Assembly (NCBI RefSeq): GCF_026571515.1
Contig: NW_026861420.1
Location: forward strand, 1 to 64,000
Reading direction: 5' to 3'
DNA length: 64,000 bases
Origin: Ruditapes philippinarum
Lineage: Eukaryota
In this document: positions 40,050 through 54,266 of the stretch, one piece after another
Numbering within the stretch: position 1 is the stretch's first letter
How the letters are laid out: the number at the start of each line of letters is the position of its first letter
Program-made: the position numbers and the translations under genes
The notes under the pieces: generated by a model
The model's input: only the letters and a program-made list of their open reading frames with translations
What the model was told of the DNA's origin: nothing
The model's database searches: none

Positions 40050-43000
40050 TCAAGATCTTGGGCCTGAGTACTTAAATTCAAAGAGTTTAGAGTTTGCCAT
40101 CTCTTTGGTCCAAGTTTCATCAAACATTTCATTATCGGCACATGTAAACCAGTTCTTCCAATCACCAATTTCTCCTACAACATAATCAAAACAAAAATGG
40201 TTTAATAAAGAAAGTTTAATAAAACATAAATGTGCAGTTCTCTTCATGTTTTAGCTTTTTTATACTAGTACATGTTTTTTATATGCAGAACCAATCCTGA
40301 TGAATTTTCCTCGTAATGAAATAATAAAACCGTAAAATACGTGTTGTGAAAAATGTTCTGGTTACAGCAGGGCAAAAGAACAAAAGAAATTTCAAGCGAA
40401 TCGACGGTTATATTCTGCAGGTGTGCTGATTTAACATAGCGTGTGATACTCTACCGTCTTTTATTATTGGGTTTATTTTTCAATTTAAACACAGTCATAT
40501 TATGAGGCATTACTTAACTAATTATAAGTATAAACATTTTTGCATTAACAATACCAAACAATTGGAATGCAAGAATCTTTGTTTCGTTGCATTACTGAAT
40601 ACCAGTCAAAATTATTGATGAAACGTTGAAGGAACTGAAGTTCCTGCTGATACAAATGTACTAGACTTTCCTTTGTTCAATTTCAAATATGCCTTCAAAC
40701 TAGATCAAACTAGATCAGCCCGTGTAAAATAACATACATGAATTACTTAAATGATCTTGAACTAAAATACCTTTTCTAAAAAATCTGAAATTCTCACGAA
40801 ACATCTTATCAACAATATGTTTAGGTCCTTGAAACTTGTCACTTGCCATTTTGTCAAATCCACACGCATTCAGTATATCTTTTTGCAACTGCTTATCAAG
40901 TTCAATATCTAGAAAATTCAGTAATCTTTCAAGTTCGGCTTCACCATCCTAAAATGTAGAAGTTTCATTTAGGAGAAAGTTTAACAGTTGTGCTTTAGTT
41001 ATTTCAAGAAATGTTTTGTTGCCTTGAACATATTGTTATAATGAAACACGAGAGATAAAATAAGAGAAAACAATACCGATCTAAACCATTCAAGATACAT
41101 CTAATATTCTTTTGAATTTTCAAAAAGTACCCATATTAGATAAATGTAAAATTAACAGACTGAAATGCTTTGAAAACTTTTCGTCTCACATTTTCAAGCA
41201 AATATCGAGAATTATTACATATATACGAGTAGTAAACTTATTTCATATACAAATATTGTAACGATTGATAACGCAATTTACTTAAATTTAAGCTAAGTCG
41301 CAAGATATCGGGTTTGAAAAAAATTGCAAATGCGAAACATAAGCGTCTGTGTATTGAAAACAAATATAGTAAACATTACTAGTTTAAGATCCTCATAATA
41401 CATAAGGTGGATTGGAAAATCTTTTCCTTTAGTTATAACTTTTTCCCACTCCAGTAAATAATCTGTGTACTTTCCATACTCCACTGGAATATAAAAAAGA
41501 AGTAGATTTTCAATGAACACCGTAATATGACATTTTCGAGACACAGGACTTCATCTTATTAATAAAAAATATTGTATAGTGGTTATAAGCTATTCCTTTT
41601 ATTTTCCATATCTTAATATCAGATATACTTTTATTCAATTTATTCGGCAATTTACATTATGTTTCTTATTTTATCAAGCTTTAACTTTCTAATCAAACTT
41701 TAACTTTCTTAGGTGTTTATTTCTTTAAAGCAAAAAATAGTTATTCTTTTCCATCTTTATGCATTCCTCTAAAATAACTTATTTATATTTTTAACTAAAA
41801 CGATAATTATATTGCAGTTCTCAAATTTACAATCAGGCTATGCTTATGCCGGCCATGAGCAGGCTTAACTAAACTGAGTCTGAAACGATTTCAATTCTGT
41901 TTTTTCTCTATTTAGTTTCATGTAACTGTTGAAGAAAACATATGTGTACATTTTCCTTCCAAAAATATGGGAAGCCAGTCAGAAAATTTCCCATCATAGT
42001 CATAAGTTCGGAAGCCTTTCATATGGTTGTAGAACGAGACCGCTGTATCTTTAGGGTTTCGAACACATAAAATGGTCTTGGGTTTGGACAATGCTTTGTC
42101 TTTCGGAAGCAGTCTGGAAAGCAAGGAAAGTATACTAAATATAACAAGACTAAAACAAAAATCAATGAATTCTAGTGCTTGTTTTTTTATCTCAATAGAA
42201 TGCAATTTTCATAAGCAGTAGATAAGATGATAAACGACGTATGTGTCTTGGGTGAAAAGGTGTAAATATTGCATATGTAAATACCTTATATAACTTCCAG
42301 TTACAGGTCAAATCTTTCAGCTTTATTATAATTTAACGTTGAACTTAATTGACTTATTATAAATGCAAAATCATAATGTGTTTCTATGTGATAGCCTTGT
42401 TAGATAATATACTTGTATGAATACATCTGCGGATGTTTTTATATTTAAATTTTCACCATCTTTATGTTTAAATATTGAATTTTGCTTAAGACGGTGCAAG
42501 GGGTGGGCGTGGATGGTAGCTGGATAAATCAGAGTCTGCAGTATTTTCAATTTCGCTATTTTTGGCCGTTCTTTAGAAATTCATTTTTTTTATTTTAAAC
42601 AATCTAAACAAAACATTGTTTACTAAATAGCTTGTATACAGAATTTATTTTAGTTTGATTGTGTAGGAAGCTTTAAGCTTATAGACGCACTTTCGAATCC
42701 GTTCCTGGAACCAGCCAGTACTGAGCAATGAGTGTAAAGTTTCTTGCTCAAGGAAACAACGACTTGCCCCTGACGGGGATTGAACCCATACGGCTAGCGA
42801 TCATTAGATTACTAGACGCGTTAACCACTCGGCCATGTCGCCACTAATAGCTTGGTAAAACGCTCCTAAAAATGTGTCATGGTCTTTGTTACAAACATAC
42901 TGAAAAGCAACAACTTTCTAATAATTGCGTGTATTATAAATGTTACAATTTTATTTAAATCTCGGACAAACCTTGGCGGATAGTGGCTGTTAAGCACTCG

Positions 43001-43953
43001 AGGGGACGGAAGTTGATTGATCGCCGATTGTGGAACTATTTCAAGCATGCATCTTCCTTTTGTCATCTGGGTCAATTCTGCTTTCCTATTGTTGATCATA
43101 CTTAATATCTCGAATAACCAATGTGTGCCTGTTATTTCATAAGTGATAAAAAGGATATTGTTGTAATAAAGCAAACAAAATATATTGTATATTAAAAGAT
43201 AATAAAAGCATCATTTCAAATTAACAAAATTTTGGAAAATAATGTTTGAATGATAGGCTATACTTGGCGACATCTGGCGAGGGCGAAACGTCATGATAAA
43301 GTTTCATAGTGGATAAACAAAATCCCTGCATCATGTGTTGCAAGCCTAAACAAATCAACGTGTGCTCTGTCTTGCGGTTACAAGCTCTATACTACTTCGG
43401 GTCACTGTACCTTTCTATGTAGCTTTTATATTTGAACTTGAACCACTCTTACGATATCAATTAAATAGACATTGTGTATTCACTGTGTGTTCCATAGATA
43501 CAAGTATAAGTACACTATCATAACTTATGATATTTTGCTTTGTTTATTTATATATTATCGTTGTAATTTTTTTGTAATTTTCATTACTTAAATCCATTTA
43601 AAATATTTTATACATATAAAAGTAATGCATTTACTTCATTAATTTAGGAATCTCCTTAAAAAACTGTCAACACTTTTGGCATTAACAATAAACATATTCT
43701 TAATTTTAATAAAGAACTAACTGTTTCATAACTATAGTATCACACTGGTATATGATAAATAACTGATACCTGTCTTTTGGTAAGTGCACAGCAAAATATC
43801 ATCTGGTCTGAATTTAAACTCTGGCAGCATATCAAAAACTTGTTTCACTTCTTCTGGCGCGCCTTTCGGATCTGGGGTTATAAAACCGTCTCCAACATCG
43901 ACACCTACTTTCATTTTTACCCCACCCTTATCCTCTATAATAACACTGGTCAT
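40050..43953 (-). CDS. Cytosolic sulfotransferase (SULT1-like), 6 exons, 303 aa
   Basis: Exons (-): 43770-43953, 42972-43128, 41950-42113, 41380-41483, 40771-40948, 40050-40174; 912 nt, phases consistent. Motifs: 5'-PSB TYQKTGTHW, PRVLNSH, 3'-PB RNPKDTAVSFY, YEDLK, RKGEIGDWKNWFT. Confidence 0.93.
42635..42845 (-). mobile_element. tRNA-derived SINE in SULT intron 2
   Basis: Minus strand: A-box TGGCCGAGTGG, B-box GGTTCAATCCC, CORE-like ccttgagcaagaaacttta and an A-rich tail. Flanked by the direct repeat aatagcttg (42626-42634 and 42846-42854), a candidate TSD. Confidence 0.8.
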
Positions 43954-46132
43954 AGTGATTGTCTGTGAGTTTGAAACGAATAATTATATTCAGACAATAT
44001 AATAATATAATAATTGTAATCATGATATACATGTATGTACATTATGTTAAGATATAATTCTTTAAAAGCACATTATGCCTCAGAAACAAATAAAATTTAA
44101 CTTCTTTAGAAAGGGCAAAAATGATTTTTTAATGTTTAAATGATGGTTTTAGAGAATGGTAAGTGCTTGTTGCCTGAAGAAAGTAGAAATAAATGTGACA
44201 TTGTTTGTCATAAAAGTAGCAAAATGAAAACAAAGTAGTACTTTAACTTCCATACAAAATACTAATTCACTTTAACTATTCTTACTGCCCAAAAGCTTTA
44301 GGTGGAAAATATGGTTCAGGTAATTGGACAATGAGTAACTATTTGGATACTTTAAAAGTACACCAAAATTTGAAAGCTTTTGAGGAGTAAAAATAAAAGC
44401 ATTATAGGCATAATGGTCCTTAAAACTATATCAAGATACCGCAAAACATCCACAATAATAAAATTATATGAGGCTAGTTTTTCAGTACGCATTATGCTAT
44501 GAATAAAATTGAATAAAATGTAATATATGTTATTATGGTTTCTAAAATAAATTAAACAATAATGTACATACATGTATATTAATCGATAAAATGATCATTA
44601 AGACCCCTTTTCTGACGACTGTTCCAATATATATTGTTTCAAAGCAATACTTTTATATTACAAATCGACACGTTAAACATAGATTATAATCACAATGGTC
44701 AAAATGCTTTTACTTATACTAATTTCTATACACATCCCCTGTATATAATAAATACTCGTACATTAGATATATGGAAATGAGTATGCGTTGTAGATAATAA
44801 TTATATGTTTTCAATCAATACAACAATTATCCGTAGTATAAACATGCTATTATGTTATTCAATAGTAAAAATGTTCATGTTTGTTAAATTGGGATAAACA
44901 TGATATATCAGATCTAAAAAACTAATTTGAGTAAACAACAAATAAAACCAGTGAACATTTGTGCTTTGCAATTCCGTTATATAGCAATATAAGCTATTTT
45001 GAGCATGTATTATAACAGAATAATACTTTGCAGTTTACAAAGCATGTAGTATTGTTATCATAGACATAAATAATTTGTGTAAAAAAGTAATATGTTTTAT
45101 AATTGATATACGCCTTGTTTTTGATATATCATTAATTATGCAGAGCATTTTCATACCATCAGTTCAACATGCAAGGTATAATTTGGATTTAATACCAATA
45201 AAGTAAAGGTCATATTCTTCTATTAAGTTTCTAACAAAAATCTGATAAATACTGTGTTTAAACAGCATAACATGTAATATTTTATATTTATATAAAAACT
45301 ACAGATGCAATAAAAATGACCATACCTTTATATAGGTGTCCTTTTTTATTCACCTATTGTATACACATTCAACTTTAAACGCCGTTTTTATCTTAAATCA
45401 AATTATGCTGACACAACACCCGATGATTCTACAACCTTAAAACGATATGTCCGGTATTTGAATACTACAATATGCACTTTCCACATGCTAGTAATATTAA
45501 CGTATAGAGTTATTATAAACCTTTTTATACACAATCTGTCAGTTCTGACCTATTAACTACAAGGTTGAAATAAATCTAGGTAGACGTGTTTGTATAGACA
45601 GGACTGTCCTTCCTTTTAACCTTTCAGTTAGTCACATGACACATTGTTCATTGCTCGAACATAAAGTGTATGTATATTTATACCGAAATCTTATATACTT
45701 ATTCTTTTTACTATACACTTTATACCTTGAATACTTTTTGCCTTGAATGAATAAATCTTTTCTAACTCATTTAAGATAAAAACAAACAATGAAACAATTA
45801 TTTGAAAATATTTCATTAACATATTTTATTTCTTAGTATATATAATATACATGTTACAGTTTACAATCTATACAAAGAATTACAAATATCCTTTCAAGAC
45901 ATGTTTAGAATGGAAAACAAAGTCTTATTAGTCATGACTTAACGTAAAGTGGTGTAAGTAAAATATAATGTATAATCAGCAATTTATAGAACGTTTCATC
46001 GTTAAAATATGATTAGATCTAAATTATAAGTAGGCTTATTCGTTCTTTTTCATTGCAACAAATAGTGACGAAAGCACAATATTGTAAGTTGTTTATCTTA
46101 ATAATATGATTGGATTCATTGTTTGTATTGTT

Positions 46133-49100
46133 TCATCTGGAAACAGCTTTCAAATGGTATGGTAAAGCAGTGAGCGTTAAAGCTTGAATGCCCTCCATTG
46201 AGTACTCTTCTCCATCAACTTGTTTGAACTGGAACTTCTGTAGCAAATTTGAAAATATCAGAAACAACTCCATCCTTGCCAAAGGTTCTCCGATACACAA
46301 TCTGGGTCCTGCAAGAATAGATATTTCCTGAGATGTGAAAGCGTCTGACAAAAAACTACATCTCCGATTTAACTCACACGATTATATAAAGGTTTATTTA
46401 ATTCTATGTTTGATCAACTTGTTCTTTTAGCGACAATGTTCATGGTTACTTGAAATTATTAAGGCCTTACTAGAAGAGAATGGCAAATAAAAAAACTGTA
46501 AGTGGATTCGTATAATTTGGCATTTATTCTCGAGTATTAACTATGCCAAACCAAAACACATTTTAGATTTTACTCTATTTTCTATGCTGTATGATAAAGC
46601 AAATTCAAATTTGGCTAAATATACGCATGAAATGCACTCATAAATAACATACATGTTTGCATTTCAAGCACCTTCGTTCTTGAGTGATTTAATTGGAATT
46701 TGAAAGACTAATTTTATAGTAAACGGATCAGGAATAGCTCAAAAGTTACATTCAAAAGTTCATATTTGTGTTTACATTATTTTCTCTTTTTTTTTTTAAA
46801 AACATATTCATAAAACAATGGTAAACACATTCCGTCGGATATACAATCGTTAATTCATTTTTTAAATAAATTAAAACAAATTTAAACACAACTTGAAATG
46901 TGACCATAGGACAGGGATGCCTCCGAATCCCACTGTTTTGTCAGTCCACTGACAGACAGTGTAAGATTAAGCCAGGATAAATATAGTTATTGTATATAGA
47001 ACAATGTGTTTTATTACCCCTCACTTTTTTCGTAATGTTAATTTCCCATAGGCCTTTGGGAGTTATTCTTACTGTTAAGTGTACCACGTGACTAAGAATT
47101 TTTTACTGTTACATAAGTAACATTATTTGTTAACAGTATAAAATCTGGTCACGTGGTCTATTTTCTAAACAAGTAAAATGGTTTCCTGCGGGGATCATTT
47201 TTTAATGATATAAAGATATTTCTTTTATTTATTTCCAACATTGTTTGGGGGATAAATAAACGTTTTACCAGGAATAAAGTTGACAATAATCGATAAATAT
47301 AGAAGAAGGTCTTTGGAAACCGACGACCGTTGAAGTCCTAAGACCGGAGAAGGTCGACCGAAAACAATTATTTCTTTTATAGAAAATGATTTAATACCAT
47401 TTTCTGAATAATTCCGAGCAAAAAAAAATAAAGTAAACACACAAGTTTACGCAGAAAATATCTCTATTTAGTATGGCAGATGCCACTACAAATATTTTTT
47501 TTGTAGATTTTCAGTAAAACAATTTATTGTTTGTAAAATTTGAGATAGATATTAAAGAAACATTGATAGTTTTCAAACACATCATTCAAGTTTTTCCACC
47601 TTAAACGGTAAACTAATTATAGAAAATAAGAAATATCCGTAATAGTTTTTTGTTGTTAATTAGGTGTAACTCGGACTTATTCCCTAGAGGTAAATCCGTA
47701 GCGTACCGGCAAACGGTATTTAGCTATGTTTTCGAAAAGGTCAATTAACCAATCGTGTACGGTTTACAGGTCACATGCTCCTCCATGTACCGAAAACAGG
47801 TCACGTGCTCCTCCATGCCCCAAAAGTTAAACGCGTACCAATACCCTGTGGTCTACGAAATAAAATGGCCGCCATTTTTCTCTCGATTCATTCTTATTTT
47901 CGACGATAGGGCCTAAGCCATCACCAAAGTAACTATGACTCTCATAAAATTTAGTTTTTTTGCACCCTAGAGTTCTTTTCGTGTATAAAGTATCTTTTTG
48001 TTGAATAGTCAAAAAGTAAACATCCGTTTTCAACGGAAGTAAGTGTAATGTGAATAATTTTGTGTCAAACTGGAACATGCAGACGATTAAAGCATACAAC
48101 AAAGGATTGTTTAACAATTTTAATTTTAACGGACAGACATCTGTAGGATATCATCGTTATTTTGTAAATGCACTTTGTCTTTGCGAAGAATATTCTGGAC
48201 ACAGAAGGATCAGATTTCACAGATCATAACCTTATAAATGGGTTAGTGTTTTGTTTTCTAAATAAAACACAGCTTATTGTATGTTTATGACTGGTAGATA
48301 TCATGACTTGCTTAAAGAATAAAAGAAAAACTGCTCTTTAAGTAGGCCTACAGTACACTTAAAACTTGCAAGGTAAGGACAGTTGAGTTATTGCTACTCT
48401 TGGTTTATTTTTGTTACAGTTAGATTTAGTTTACAAATTCAGATCATCACAGTATTTGTTCGGGGTAATAAAATAAATAACACGTGGGTTTGTGTGTAAC
48501 AGTAAAAATATCATCCCTCGTAAAAATACTGTTACCCTCGGCTACGCCTCGGATAACAGTATTTTCTTCGGGATGATATTTTTACTGTATCCCACAAACC
48601 CACGTGTTATTTATATAATATTCAATTAAACAATTAAACATTAAATATTCGAATAACTCACCGTCTCCGAAAGGAACCAGTCCGTCTTTCCTCAATACAT
48701 TCCCGTCACTGTCTAGAAACCTTTCTGGCATGAACTTCTCCGGGTCAGGCCAGTATTTAGTATCAATATGTGCTGAATACAAATTAGCAATTATAATGGC
48801 GTCTTTAGGTATGTCGTAGCCAAGTAATGTAGCATCTTGTTTAGCAACATGAGGCAGTGAAAATGTTACTGTAAAACAGACAAAGTAATTACTTTACCAA
48901 TGTAAATAGAAAGATTGTGTATTTACGAGCTCGTATAGTAAAACGAAATACTTTACTAATGAAAATTGAGAGATTGTTTATGTAAATAGGATAAATAAAT
49001 ACTTTACTTATAAACATTAAGAGAAAAGATAGGTAAATATATAGTTAAAGGCCCAATAAGCCGAAACATTGCTGTTATTTCTAGTTTCAAAAGCCTTTTT

Positions 49101-52100
49101 TTTTGAGTGTCCTATTATAATTTCCAAACATGTTCTCATTTACCATATATAAAAGCACTGTTTTACTTCCTTTGTATTTTGGCAAGTAGTACACTTATAA
49201 TAATAAAGTGTTTTGTATGGAAGTCAAATTAAAATTTTGTTGATATCATTTTGATACCCTTATCAAAAGTCAGTTTCCATTCAGCGCTATTTTCGTCAGG
49301 TGATAAGCTTCATAATTGTTCTACGTGGTAAATTATTACAAATTATAACACGCATGTTTGCTTTTTCAACAGAAAGAAAATCAAGATAATTGGGATAAAT
49401 AGTAAGTTACTTATGAAAAAGACCGTGCATGTACATGCAAAAGAGATATTTAACTTGTACAAATATATGCATGTAGTTAACTTTGTCTAGGAGGTGAATA
49501 TGGTGTATTTACGTGTATTGGAAATTCGTTGCAGCTCAAGCAATGTGGCTTGTGTGTAAGGCATCTGGTTTCTATCAGACAGTGACACTGGCCGCCCGGA
49601 TCCAACCACCTAAAATAACATTGTAAATTAGGCATTATGTGATATTTTATGTGAACCAATTATCTTGTTTTTTAACAACACATATTTGTGTTTTCTCAGT
49701 TACTTTTTAAAAAAAATACATTCACTTAGATGATATTTAAAATCCTTGTTTATATATCAAAGTGAGGCATTTGTTCTTTGTTCAACTAACTTCTTACTCT
49801 AACCATAATCCTAAAAATTATCCTAAACTTACCATAATGCGCTCCTAGCCCTAAACTAACCAAAATGTCAATACAATCTTAGGCCCCGTACCTTAGAATT
49901 ATTCTACGAGGAAAGGATACAATTCCGAGGTTCACTTTTTCTACCTCACAATGTAGGTTAACCCTCACTTTGCATGTGAAAAGTAAACAAACTCACCTCA
50001 CAATGTAGGTTAACAAACGCACACACATACATATTTCTAAATGGGGCATTAAATCCTGTAGTAAAAGAATTAATGATATATAAAAAAGAGATCATAACAA
50101 TGTTTACCTTTGATATTTCGTTAAAACATCTGCTCTGTACATCCGGGTACATAATCATATAAAGCAACGCCCAGTCGAGACTGGTTCCCGTGGTCTCTCC
50201 GCCAGCCAGGAACAAGTCAACTATTATCTTATATACATTCGCCTCTGGAATTAAAATTAATTAGTGTATTAACGCTCCCCTTTAAAACGAAATTCGAAAA
50301 AAATGACGAGGCATAGCAGATTCATTATTATAGTGTTCTCTATTTTTAATAATTATTTACTTGTTAATATTTTTATGACTATCTTAATTTAATTATACAA
50401 TCCATGAGTTACTTGAGAATGTCTATTGTTTGTTTAAGGGATGAACAATACTAGTACATGTAGTATTTACAACAGCTGAAGACTAAGCATGCTCCATATG
50501 CAGGTATCATTTCATACTTCTAGGGAAAGGGCTTAATCTTAAGCTTATTCTCGCAGTTTTCGTTGGAAATAGTTTCAGTTATTATTAGAAAAATACTTTA
50601 TTATTAGAATATTATTTGTTTTTTTTTTAATATAGTTCTTAATTTTCTATCGACAATTTACCAGTAAAAAGCTCAGGTTCCGACTCGTCCTTAGATGCTT
50701 TTATGTACAGATCAATAAAATCTCGTATATTCTCTGGATCAAACGTGACTTTGTGATCTTCTATCGTCTCAGACAGATAAGACTTCACACGTTCTATCGC
50801 CGCTGTTCTGTTTCTTATCAACTGTAAAATAGTAACGATTTGTTCTCGTAAAAATTGCCATTGGCTACAACAATAAAATACATGTAGTTTATTTTTTCAA
50901 AGACGTAGGAAGCATGTTTTGACCTTTCCAATTTTTAGCAGTGAAAGATTTAGCCCACGCCATTTCTATTTTCTGCTAGGTCAATTGATTACAAACAGTA
51001 TCTAAACCAGGACAACCGGTGCAGTGATTATGTATAATCTAGATTAAGAAATTAGATAGCTAGTCAGCAAATTTGCATAAAACTGTAAACACTGGAAAGG
51101 TCAAAATAGATCATTCAAAAGAACATCGCGACATTTTTTCTCCTTTTCGGGCAATTCAAATGACTGATTTTTTCTTATTGTGTGATGTACTGTTATTACT
51201 TAACATATTATTGGCGTTCATTATCATTGAAGTAAAATAATTTCTATCAGTCGGATGTAACAAAATAATAAACGGATACAATACCTCTTTTCCAGAAGGC
51301 CATGTGCGAGTTATAGGAAAGAAGTTTTCCTTTGCAAATGGTGCATTTAGTTTGAAAATTCCGTCCAAGACCTCTGTCAACTCAGAGAATTTTGAGTCAC
51401 TATACTCAAACCTTGAAAATAAGAATAATGCATAATAGTGTGCACTGAGGTCTAGAATTCCAAAATATAAAATTTGAATTTCTTACATAGATCTACTGGT
51501 GCATTTAAAAAAGATAAATATGTAAAGGATAATTAGGGAATTTACTTTAAAAATAAATTAAAAAATGCATTTTTGTGCCTATTCTTAGCCCGACTGGAGT
51601 GAAAAGCGTTGCAATGCTTTTTAGAATCGTGTTATTGTTTTACAATTAAAATAATTATTCTGGAATAATTTTGAGCGAATACTCTTAAATTCTGCACATA
51701 AATTCTTAAATTCTTGGTCTATAACTTCATCAAATGGAATATTAAGATGTAAACATTATCTCCAGTCCTGTCATGTCAAAAAATCCAGAGGAGGCCCTTG
51801 AATTATGGGTAAAAAGTGTTGTTTTATTATTTTACTTTCTTTGTTTCATTATTATTATTATTTCAAATATTATTTTCCCAAACTTACTTAAATTAGTTAA
51901 TTAATTAAACCCAAACTTTATCTTGAAATTGATCAATTTCCGCCATCTTGTTTTACGGAATCAAATGGGGGACAATATAGCTCTGTGAATGAGGTATGCA
52001 GAAAAATGTGTACGCACCTTGCTCCGAACATTACACTACAAATGATATTTGTTGCAGCCGACAGAAGGTAGGGTTTCATTCGGATAGGGGAATTGTTTGC

Positions 52101-53531
52101 ATTCTTCAAAATCGACGCCAATACCAAGATCTCTTCTCGTATACGCTCTTCTAACGTCAATTTTCCGACACCAAAATCACGCAACGCTTGTAACGTAAAA
52201 CGACGTAACGTCTTCCATCGATGGCCACTGTTGTAAGTTAATCCTGAATATTCAATGTGATATATTGTAGTAAAATAAAGCAAAATAAAAAGAAAAGTAT
52301 TTAGATAAGGATCGAGATGCTTGCGTTAATAATTTTTAATATCATAATATTATAGTTTAATGGTACATTATGACTCAAGTACGAGTAATTTTTTCCCTCC
52401 TTAAGAAAGGACAAACAAAAGTTTTATAATGTTTAAATAATGGTTAGGGAGAATACTAGACGTTTATCACATGATGAAAGTAGCTCTGAATGTGAAATGA
52501 TTTGTCATATAAGTAGCAAATTGTAAACAAAGTAGTATTTTGACTTGCATTTAAAATGCTAAATTACTATTACTAACTGCCAAAACAAAAAACGCCATAA
52601 TTCAGGTATAAGGCCAATAAGTAACCTTTTTGAAACTATAAAACGGGACACTAGAAATAAAAAGTTGACAAAATGTCTCTTAAAGATTGATATTGTTCCA
52701 ATACAATAGTAAAATTCAATCTTAAGAGACAATAATTTCTATGTAAGTGGTCTTTATTTGAGGATTGTCTTAAAACACCGGGCTAACTGTATGTTTACCC
52801 GTTCCTTTAGAAACTCCAATCAGAGGTGCAAACAGTTGAGGTCTGTCCGTGAATATATCTGCCTTCTTTGTGAATGCTTCATGAATCGCGTCAAATCCGT
52901 TTAACATTACTATAAGCGTTGACCCACAATACAATCTGTTAAAAAAATAGAATGTTCTTAATAAATTAAACTATTTTGTTGTTGTTTTTCATTTAGTTAT
53001 GTTTTCATTATTATTGTTTAATTATTATTTTTATTTCTTTTTCTATTTTGGGTATTGAAAAAGACGCATTATTACTTCGAAATAAATATGCTTAAACGTA
53101 GTGAATGTTAAAATTAGCAATTTGGAAATGTCAATCTATTTTGTTATATAAACAATGCATGTTTACCAAAGTGCGTAAATGCGCGAGCATACGCTCCTAC
53201 ATGTTTATATATCATGTTCTCAAAATAAACCCGTGGAAATACTTGAAATTAGAAACGCTGCAGCATTAGCGTATATACATGTACAAAGCAGACCGTCATT
53301 TTAAGCTGGGCACTTAATTATTGAAATAAAATACCTGTATACGTTTCCATATTTTTCAGCAAGTTGCGTGAATTTCTTGTATCCTTGAGGGTCTTTCTGA
53401 AAAAGTCGTATATTTCCAATAACTGGCCACGCAAAAGGTCCCGGTGGCAATGATTTTGACCTCACGTGATTGAACACGAGCCAGCTTATTAATAAAACTA
53501 GTAATAAAAGAGTTAAAGTTCCTTCCAACAT
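46133..53531 (-). CDS. Cytochrome P450, clan 2 (CYP2-like), 9 exons, 487 aa
   Basis: Exons (-): 53335-53531 (TM anchor, PPGP), 52799-52935, 52018-52243 (WKTLRRF), 51285-51411, 50662-50821, 50108-50244 (I-helix AGGETT), 49513-49609 (ELQR), 48662-48868 (PERF), 46133-46308. The heme motif FGDGPRLCIG spans the last junction; 1464 nt in frame. Confidence 0.95.
46990..48620. mobile_element. ~1.6-kb non-autonomous DNA element (possibly Crypton-type) in CYP intron 8
   Basis: 12-bp inverted repeat ttttattacccc (47009-47020) / ggggtaataaaa (48462-48473); long terminal hairpin 48473-48614 with loop ctcggctacgcctcg; internal 30-bp tandem duplication at ~47767-47820. No transposase ORF. Confidence 0.55.
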
Positions 53532-54266
53532 GGTAATCCTTTGCTTAGAATATTTAGTTTAAAAGTAACAAAAGGCGTCTGTATAAACAACTGACTCAAG
53601 CGTGTAACGAATCATTAACTGTTAAAATGCAATTCCGACTGCAGTGAACTTTGATTTAATTCCATTGTCAGTTCACGTGTTACTCATGAGAGAACTAGCT
53701 GTATTATATTGACATACTTATACAATGTATACTTATCATGATAAACATCGAGGCAGAACGAACATCACTATGGTTATAGTACGCAGAAAAAAAGCTTCAC
53801 ATGAACTTGTATATGATAATGAATTCATTGACATTGGCGACTGGTCCATAACAGCAATATTTACGTACAATTTCATGAATGTAATAAACAATGAGTATTC
53901 ATAGCCCGCGCTTGAGAGACGAATTCTGTCACGTGATAATGCTCGGATGGTTCTACTTTGGTTTTTCGCAATTGCAACTTATCGTCTCTTTCCGTCAAAC
54001 TTCGGGTATTTTATATATACAGTGTAATAGCCGAGATGTTCCGATTGTGGTTTTCGCGCTGTTCAGGAAAGAAGAGTTTTTTAATTAGACAAATAAAGCT
54101 GGAGACGATATCATTTTCAGAGAGGTTTGAAATCTATTCCGAATTAATTTATGCCATGTCAAACACGCTTTAATCTGTTACATAGCCAGTGGTTATAATT
54201 AACCATTAAAGTCCAGGTCAGAATATAGTGCGTGCCTTATCACGGCTGTACAGTGTAATAGATATA

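Noticed and set aside
49798-49862. Degenerate CCCTAA-like (telomeric) repeats in CYP intron 6
   Set aside because: Too short and degenerate; more likely part of a small MITE.
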